From assembly GCA_049428425.1 (NCBI GenBank), contig JBMTAF010000001.1:3464-67463 (forward strand): 64,000 nt of DNA, given 5' to 3'. Both the position numbers and the translations under genes were made by a program. The notes under the pieces were generated by a model. The model did no database searches, had not been told where the DNA came from, and saw nothing but the letters and a program-made list of their open reading frames with translations. Source of the stretch: Candidatus Nanopelagicales bacterium (GTDB taxonomy: Bacteria > Actinomycetota > Actinomycetes > S36-B12 > UBA5976). Each line of letters begins with the position of its first letter. The stretch's first letter is position 1. This document shows positions 57,901-64,000 of this stretch, in pieces.

Positions 57901-58090
57901 CTTCAACATGGTGTGCACCAGGCATGCCATTGGCAGTTGGTGGCCCTTCGAAGAAAACCCAATTTGGTTTACCAGCCGATTGCTGCATTGATTTAGCGAA
58001 GATCTGGTTGTCCTGCCAATACTGCAGCACCCGCTGTTCTAAGTTTGATAACTCAACGCGGGCTGACACATCGTTGTATTGGCTCACCAT
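54950..58090 (-). CDS. ileS: Isoleucine--tRNA ligase (long, type-2-like form)
   Basis: PPTANGMPGAHH (HIGH region), KMSKS and an editing-domain insertion, 1046 aa. Confidence 0.97.
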   Translation of the reverse strand: MVSQYNDVSARVELSNLEQRVLQYWQDNQIFAKSMQQSAGKPNWVFFEGPPTANGMPGAHHVEARTFKDIFPRYRTMKGYHVERRAGWDCHGLPVEIEVEKELKFSGKKDIEAYGIAKFNEKCRESVLRHVDAFTQMTERMGYWVDFDNAYWTMDAHYIESVWWSLKQIHSRGLLTEDYRVTPYCPRCGTGLSDHELAQGYRDVVDESAYVRMPIVKGELATEFSNLALIAWTTTPWTLVSNTACAVGNEIEYSIVKIGDEHLIVAADLMTKVLGEEVSAIKTVKGSQLVGYKYQPPFDWVDFSEFDSPYLHTVLHADFVTTEDGTGIVHEAPAFGAEDLELCRPLGLPVVNPVNPDGKFNPTTPVVGGIFFKDADEVVLAELTKRNLLWHQAAYPHPYPHCWRCSTRLIYYAQPSWYIRTTAIKKQLLEQNENTNWFPNNIKWGRYGDWLNNNIDWALSRNRYWGTPLPIWRCEAGHQTAIESRAELSNLTGNDLSNLDPHRPFIDEITFPCPQCSETATRVPEVIDVWYDSGAMPFAQWGAPHQNKAEFEANYPADYICEAIDQTRGWFYSQMAIGTLLFNQSSFKNVVCLGHIQDETGRKMSKSLGNVLDPTELMELHGADALRWFMLAAGSPWQARRLGHATLQEIVRKHLLTYWATASFQALYGRIANFSYQDVPPVTDRPIIDQWLVSQTNKLARDVDQALDQFDTQRGGRLIADFIDELSNWYVRRNRRRFWDGDKAALATLHEALRTLTLVMAPFTPFITEQVWQHLFVVTTDSDTASVHLANWPAVDTRLINESLTNQMDIVRNVVELGRTARAESKVKNRQPLARALISSAAWQVLSNELREQIASELNVKQLAEVSSEGDLVTWSAKGNFKQLGARFGARTQEIAQAIAAVNAARMVQDFAESGASKLQVNNEVIELTRDDVILTETPSVGWSVAASDGITVALDLNLTPELVAEGLSREVIRLIQDTRKSSGFEVTDRIVVTYQAQPEVDAAIEQNLTTISNEVLAKDFNKGEESRPATAVDEELGLTLWLTKA

Positions 58091-58145
58091 GCTCCATGGA
58101 TATTTAGGTTCAGGGCGGCAGATTACCGCCCTCTAGGGTTGGGTC

Positions 58146-58418
58146 ATGCGGATCAAGCTAAAAGTGCGCCCGAAGTCCAGCAAAATCTCACTTCGACTGG
58201 TTGATGATGATCCAATCCTGCTCGAGGTTTCAGTGCTTGAGGCGCCCGTTGATGGCAAGGCGACCAAAGCAGCCATTGCCATGATTGCCGCCGCCGCTGG
58301 AATTGCGCCTAGCCGGATATTCCTAGTCAGCGGGTCTAGGTCTCGCTATAAAACCATTGAAATCTCAGCCGATGACGAGCCAAAATGGCAGGAATTCGTG
58401 AGAACCCTGTTGGGATGA
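58146..58418 (+). CDS. DUF167 (YggU-like) protein
   Basis: 90 aa, pattern LKVRPKS...LEVSVLEAPVDGKATKA...SGSRSRYKTIEI typical of DUF167. Confidence 0.7.
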   Translation: MRIKLKVRPKSSKISLRLVDDDPILLEVSVLEAPVDGKATKAAIAMIAAAAGIAPSRIFLVSGSRSRYKTIEISADDEPKWQEFVRTLLG

Positions 58419-58465
58419 CTGGGTTGGCAAGTACAGTACCGCGCTGACTTACTTTGGAGGCTGCA

Positions 58466-58873
58466 ATGGCAAAAGACCCAAACGCATTACCCACGCGAAA
58501 GGGCGAGCGGGCTTGGAGCGAAAAAGACGTTGAGTCGGTTCGTACCGCATTGGCCGCAGACTTAGCAGAATTGAACCAAGAAATGGCCGCTGCTGAGGCG
58601 CAAGCTGCCGCCATTGCCGCGGGCATGGGAGATACCAGCGATGATCAAGCTGAAGCAGGAAGCTACATGGTTGAGCGCGAATATCAACTGGGAATTATTG
58701 AAAATGCCAAAGAACAGTTAATGCAAGTACAAGATGCTATTGCACGATTTGAGCGCGGTGAATACGGAATATGTGATAACTGCAAGCAGCCAATTGGTAA
58801 AGCACGTTTACTCGCATACCCAAGAGCCACTCAATGCGTTGAGTGCAAACGTGCTGAAGAGGCGCAGGCTTAA
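58466..58873 (+). CDS. TraR/DksA family C4-type zinc-finger protein
   Basis: C-terminal CDNCKQPI...CVECK and a coiled-coil N-terminus. ATG at 58466 lies 5 nt after GGAGG. Confidence 0.75.
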   Translation: MAKDPNALPTRKGERAWSEKDVESVRTALAADLAELNQEMAAAEAQAAAIAAGMGDTSDDQAEAGSYMVEREYQLGIIENAKEQLMQVQDAIARFERGEYGICDNCKQPIGKARLLAYPRATQCVECKRAEEAQA

Positions 58874-59380
58874 GTGAAGTCACCTGCCGTACGGATTTTA
58901 GGTACGGCCACTTTTTTGGTCGCGGTTGATCAAATTATTAAAGTTTGGGTGCTCGCAAGATTACGTGGTGAGCCGCCAATCGTTTTAATTGGTCCGCTTA
59001 GCGATAATTCCCAAGTTGATACCTTGCGATTCGTCTTTGTTAGTAATTCTGGTGCAGCTTTTGGTTTGGGTTCAAATCTAACTTTCATCATTTCGCTCAT
59101 CGCAATAGCAGTGGTAATCGGTCTTGTCCGATGGAGTTTTAAAGTTGTTGATTCGGTTTGGACTATTGCAGTAACGCTGCTGCTCGCGGGTGCAGCTGGA
59201 AATTTAGTGGATCGCTTATTCCAGCCACCTGGAATATTGCGAGGCCATGTAGTTGATTTTATCTCAGTAGGAACTTTTCCAGTTTTTAACTTTGCAGATA
59301 TTTGTATTACCTTTGCAGCGTTAACACTTTTAATTGCAACCATCACAAAACGTAATCCCGAAGGTGCAGGAAATGCCTAA
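58874..59380 (+). CDS. lspA: Lipoprotein signal peptidase II
   Basis: 4 TM helices, with conserved NSGAAFG and VFNFADICIT (catalytic Asp) motifs. Confidence 0.85.
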   Translation: MKSPAVRILGTATFLVAVDQIIKVWVLARLRGEPPIVLIGPLSDNSQVDTLRFVFVSNSGAAFGLGSNLTFIISLIAIAVVIGLVRWSFKVVDSVWTIAVTLLLAGAAGNLVDRLFQPPGILRGHVVDFISVGTFPVFNFADICITFAALTLLIATITKRNPEGAGNA

Positions 59381-60305
59381 GGAATTTGTAGTGGATTCGA
59401 GCTTCGCTGGAGAGAGGCTAGATGTTGCTATTTCAGCAATGCTAGAAATCTCCAGAACCGCAGCCGCAGAGTTAATTGATCAATCTTGCGTCAAAGTAAA
59501 TAATCGGGATGCGGCCAGAAGCTACCGGCTAAACCCGGATGATTTGATTTTAGTTACTGATCGCCAGGCGTCTGATGCTGAACCACAGTTAATTGCTGCC
59601 TTCCCTGATATCGAAATTCCAATTCTGTATGCGGATGACGATTTAGTAGTGATCAATAAGCCGGCAGGCGTAGCAGCCCATGCTTCAGTAGGTTGGAACG
59701 GTCCAGATGTTCGTCATCGCCTCACGCAACAAGGCCATCGCATTTCAACGAGCGGGGCTGCAGAACGACAGGGAATTGTGCAACGCCTTGACGTTGGTAC
59801 CAGCGGCGTTATGGTTGTTGCGAAGAGCGAGTTGGCTTACAGTGATTTGAAGCGGCAGTTCAAAGAGCGAGAAGTCACCAAGATCTATCTGACTATTGTT
59901 CAAGGCTATCCAGATCCGGCATCTGGCACGATCGATGCACCGATTGGCCGACACCCAGGTGCCGATTATCGATTCGCCGTTATTGCTGGCGGTCGACCCA
60001 GCATTACCCATTACGACACGTTAGAGATGTATCGGTATGCATCACTTTTACGAGTTGAGCTAGAGACTGGTCGAACTCACCAAATTCGCGTACATATGTC
60101 TGCGATCCGGCACCCATGCGTTGGCGACCTCACTTATGGCGCAGATCCAACCCTGGCTGCAAAATTGGGATTGAAGCGGCAATGGCTGCATGCTTCAGAA
60201 CTCGGCTTCACCCACCCGATGACCGGGGAGCGAATGAGATTCTCGGCCCCGTTGGCTGCGGATCTGGCCAAAGCACAACAAATCTTGGCAGAAGTTCTAA
60301 ATTGA
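59373..60305 (+). CDS. rluD: RluA-family 23S rRNA pseudouridine synthase (RluD-like)
   Basis: S4-like N-terminus, catalytic HRLDVGTSGVMVVAK, and GRTHQIRVH. ATG at 59373 overlaps the lspA stop (ATGCCTAA). Confidence 0.9.
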   Translation: MPKEFVVDSSFAGERLDVAISAMLEISRTAAAELIDQSCVKVNNRDAARSYRLNPDDLILVTDRQASDAEPQLIAAFPDIEIPILYADDDLVVINKPAGVAAHASVGWNGPDVRHRLTQQGHRISTSGAAERQGIVQRLDVGTSGVMVVAKSELAYSDLKRQFKEREVTKIYLTIVQGYPDPASGTIDAPIGRHPGADYRFAVIAGGRPSITHYDTLEMYRYASLLRVELETGRTHQIRVHMSAIRHPCVGDLTYGADPTLAAKLGLKRQWLHASELGFTHPMTGERMRFSAPLAADLAKAQQILAEVLN

Positions 60306-60376
60306 GTTAGCGTCAATCCTTAATTTCTGGAGCAGAGTGATTAGGGTTGCAAGATCGAGGCGAGATAGGAAAAATC

Positions 60377-63300
60377 ATGAGTGACTCATTTGTGCACTTG
60401 CATGTGCACACTGAGTACTCGATGCTTGACGGTGCTGCTCGATTAGATGACTTAACGGCCGAAGTAGCGCGGCAGCAAATGCCAGCAATTGCGATTACCG
60501 ATCATGGCTATCTGTTTGGCGCATATGAGTTTTACAAGAAATGTAAAGCAGTGGGAGTAAACCCAATCATTGGCTTGGAGGGTTATTACGCTCCCCAGGG
60601 AAGAGCGAACCGAACCCCGTTTGAATTTGGTGCAATTGGGGTTGAAGACGTAGCAGAAGGGCTAGCCAGAGGAAGTAGTGCATATACCCATATCACGTTA
60701 CTTAGCGAAACCACTGCTGGAATGCACAATTTATTTAGATTATCTTCGCTAGCAAGTATTGAGGGTTATTACTACAAACCACGAATGGATTTTGAACTGC
60801 TAGAAAGATACGCAACCGGATTGATTGCAACTACGGGATGTCCCAGCAGTGAAGTTAACCGATGGCTCCAAGCTGGAAAATACGACAAAGCAAAGGTAAC
60901 CGCCGCTATATTACAATAAATTTTTGGTAAAGATAACTTCTACTGTGAGTTAATGGATCATGGTATTGAAATAGAACGCAGACATCGGGACGATTTGCTG
61001 CGATTAGCAAAAGAGCTAGCAATTCCACTTTTAGCGACAAATGACACGCATTATGTCCATGCAGCTGATGCAGATGCACATGAAGCGCTGCTTTGTATTG
61101 GCACTAGAACGACGATGGCTGATCCAAATCGGTTCAAGTTTGACGCTCGAGATTTTTATATTAAATCTGCCGCCGAGATGCGAGCGGTGTGGGGAGACTA
61201 TCCAGAAGCGTTAAGCAACACCTTAGCAATAGCCGAACGTTGCGCGGTTGAGTTTAATGAAGGTGCGAATTTACTCCCTCGATTCCCAGTTCCCGCAGGT
61301 CACACTGAAGAAACTTGGCTAATTCAAGAAGTTGAGAAAGGGCTAATTCAACGTTTCAAAGGTAAGCCAACTCAACAGCATCTTGATCAAGCAAAGTATG
61401 AGATTCAAGTAGTCAGTCAAATGGGATTCCCTGGCTATTTCTTGGTAGTAGCAGATTTAGTACGACATGCAAAGGCTAATTCGATTCGAGTCGGTCCTGG
61501 TCGAGGATCAGCTGCTGGATCGGTTATTTCTTGGGCGCTAGGGATTACCGAACTAGATCCGATTAAGCACGGCTTATTGTTCGAGCGCTTTCTAAACCCA
61601 GATCGAATCTCAATGCCCGATATCGATATCGATTTCGATGAACGTCGACGATCCGAAATGATTCGTTATGCGACCGACACCTACGGTGATGATCGAGTTG
61701 CTCAGATTGTTACCTACGGCACGATTAAGGCAAAAGCCGCGGTAAAAGACTCAGCTCGAGTACTGGGATATCCATATGCAGTTTCTGATCGAATTACAAA
61801 AGTGATGCCGCCACCAATTATGGGTAAAGATGTGTCACTTAAGGAAATGTTTGATTCAAGCCACTCGCGCTATCAAGAGTCTGCTGAGTTTAGAAGTTTG
61901 TATGAAGTAGACCCAGACGTTACCAAAGTCGTCGATACCGCTAGGGGATTTGAAGGGCTCAAGCGCCAACCTGGAGTTCACGCGGCAGGTGTGATCTTAA
62001 GTCGCGAACCATTACTTGATGTAATCCCAATCTGGCGTCGAGATGATGGATCGATCATCACACAGTTTGATATGGGTGCATGCGAATCTCTTGGATTGTT
62101 AAAAATGGATTTCTTAGGTCTACGAAATCTGACGGTGCTTGATGAATGCCTGGCAAATATTAAGCGTAACCGCAATGAGACGATCGTGCTAGAAGAGTTG
62201 GAGTTAAACGACGCAAAAACCTTTGAATTGCTTTCCAAAGGTGAGACTTTAGGTGTTTTCCAACTTGATGGCGGGCCGATGCGTGCTTTGCTGAAATTGC
62301 TGCAGCCAGATTCATTTGATGATATCTCGGCCGTTATCGCGCTTTATCGACCTGGCCCGATGGGCGCTAACGCTCACGTCGATTACGCGAATCGAAAAAA
62401 TGGCAGAGAGCCAAACAAGCCAATTCACCCTGAGCTAGCAGAGCCACTAGCTGAGATTTTGGATGAAACTTATGGCTTGATTGTTTACCAGGAGCAAGTT
62501 ATGGCGATAGCCCAGAAACTTGCTGGCTACACCTTGGGTACTGCCGATTTGCTCCGCCGCGCCATGGGCAAAAAACAAAAAGATAAACTGGAAAAAGAAT
62601 TTGAGCCGTTTAAAAATGGCATGATAGAGCGTGGCTTTAGTGAAGCTGCAATTTTAAAGCTGTGGGAAGTGCTAGTTCCGTTTAGCGACTATGCATTTAA
62701 TAAGGCGCATTCGGCCGGATATGGCTTGGTGTCATATTGGACGGCATACTTGAAAGCCAATTATCCGGCGGAATACATGGCAGCACTCTTAACTAGCGTT
62801 AAAGACGATAAAGACAAGATGGCAATTTATTTGAATGAAGCCAGAAGAATGGGCGTGAGCGTTCTACCGCCTGATGTAAATGCTTCTTTTGTTGACTTCA
62901 CTACGGTTGGCGAAGCGGTCCGCTTTGGCTTGTCGGCTGTGCGAAATGTCGGCGAAGGAGTAGTTGAAAGCATCGTTCGCACTCGAGAAACTAAAGGAAA
63001 CTTCACCTCGTTTCAAGATTTTCTAGATAAAGTTGAGATTACCGTTTGTAATAAGCGGGTGTTGGAATCATTGATTAAGGCTGGCGCTTTCGACTCATTG
63101 AATCACGCCCGCAGAGCATTACTTGCAATTCACATAGATGCGATTGACGCGGTAACTGAAACCAAAAGAGCGGAAGCGGTCGGACAATTCGACCTCTTTG
63201 GTGGAATTAGTGAACCAGTGGCTGGACATCAAGTAGTTAATATTCCAGATCTGCCGGAGTGGGATAAGACCACTTTGCTCAATTATGAGCGAGAGATGCT

Positions 63301-63916
63301 TGGCCTTTATGTCAGTGATCATCCGTTATTCGGTCTTGAACACGTGATCAGTGCGAATAGCGATGTTTCAATAGCGGATATCCAGAATGATGAGCTACCC
63401 CACGAGCGAGCTGTGTTGGTTGCCGGCATGATCTCTGCAATTCAGCGCAAAGTAACAAAACAAGGTGCTTCATGGGCAATCGTTACTCTGGAATCATTAG
63501 ATGGCGTAATTGATGTAATGGTTTTCCCGCAGACTTATTCGCAGTATGGTCAACTATTAACTCAAGATGCGATATTGCAGATTCGTGGCAGATTAGATAA
63601 ACGCGAAGAGGATGCACCAAAATTTGTTGCTGTTGAAATTATGGTGCCACAATTCCAGGAAATGCCGATTGGAGCTTTGAAACTTTATGTTCCAGCGCAA
63701 CGTTTGGTGCCACCGTTAGTGGAAAAACTTAAAGCCGTGCTAGCCAGCCATGTTGGCACCACCGAAGTCCATCTGGAAGTGATTCACCCTGACCACACCA
63801 CGGCGTTGCGACTTGATGCAAATTTAAGTGTTTCAGTGAGTCCTGGACTTTATAGCGATCTGAAACAACTACTTGGCGCAAACTGCCTAACGCCACCACG
63901 AACGATGGCTAGTTAA
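60377..63916 (+). pseudogene. dnaE: DNA polymerase III alpha subunit DnaE, one reading frame interrupted by a single in-frame TAA at 60917-60919 (ORF pieces 60377-60919 and 60920/60953-63916)
   Basis: PHP motif HLHVHTEYSMLDG, then ...AAILQ-TAA-IFGKDNFYCELMDHG... is continuous in the same frame. Palm motifs GPGRGSAAGS and MPDIDIDF. The OB-fold C-terminus is intact. Confidence 0.8.
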
Positions 63917-64000
63917 CGTTAATACTGTAATCCGGCTCAAATGTTGGTAGGCATCGGATCTGTGAGATGAGCGAGTATTCACGTTTAAGTAGTTGCACAA

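Noticed and set aside
58436-58443. GTACCGCG, preceded by GGGTTGG, resembling the T-box core GGTGGTACCGCG
   Set aside because: It is on the plus strand, in a 47-nt gap before the dksA-like gene, not on the ileS strand. There is no room for Stem I or a specifier structure, and the match is only partial.
60917-60952. dnaE split explained by an intein, programmed frameshift, selenocysteine or pyrrolysine
   Set aside because: Both parts are in the same frame and the conserved sequence is continuous with no extra residues, so there is no intein or frameshift. The codon is TAA, not TGA (Sec) or TAG (Pyl).
1-64000. Looked for rRNA, tRNA, CRISPR arrays, IS elements, transposases, integrases and prophage genes
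   Set aside because: No intergenic gap exceeds about 250 bp and none shows tRNA-like T-arm or anticodon structure by eye. No ORF has transposase, integrase or phage hallmarks. This was a manual scan only; a tRNAscan or Rfam run would be definitive.

Overview
This 64 kb window is conserved core chromosome of an actinobacterium. Actinobacteria-specific families support that call: DUF4192, DUF4193, DUF3093, DUF3159, DUF3000, SepH/DUF3071, SepF and an HrdB-type sigma factor. By eye it is AT-rich for the phylum, and it is very tightly packed, with many overlapping stop and start codons. That suggests a genome-streamlined lineage such as freshwater acI/Nanopelagicales, but this is inference and nothing was computed. 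Content in order: a truncated ABC exporter, an orphan ptsI and small metabolic genes; the principal sigma factor with a roughly 306-aa Lys/Ala/Glu-rich N-terminal extension; a convergent ParE/ParC-like topoisomerase pair; tdk, sepH and the dut neighbourhood; acnA; a divergent CstR-type persulfide/sulfite island with a palindromic operator; rnd; the dcw cluster (mraZ to ftsQ, then ftsZ-pgeF-yggS-sepF-yggT); and ileS, lspA, rluD and dnaE. No rRNA, tRNA, CRISPR array or mobile element was seen. Main points for a second look: an in-frame TAA inside dnaE; two insertions in the dcw cluster (antisense gabD, and lacI-msiK-lipoprotein) with no divIVA at its usual position; a 10-bp-phased TGGG/GTGG box array over the mraZ promoter; the sulfur island with an uncalled Cys-rich small ORF; and a perfect 15-bp inverted repeat inside a CDS end.
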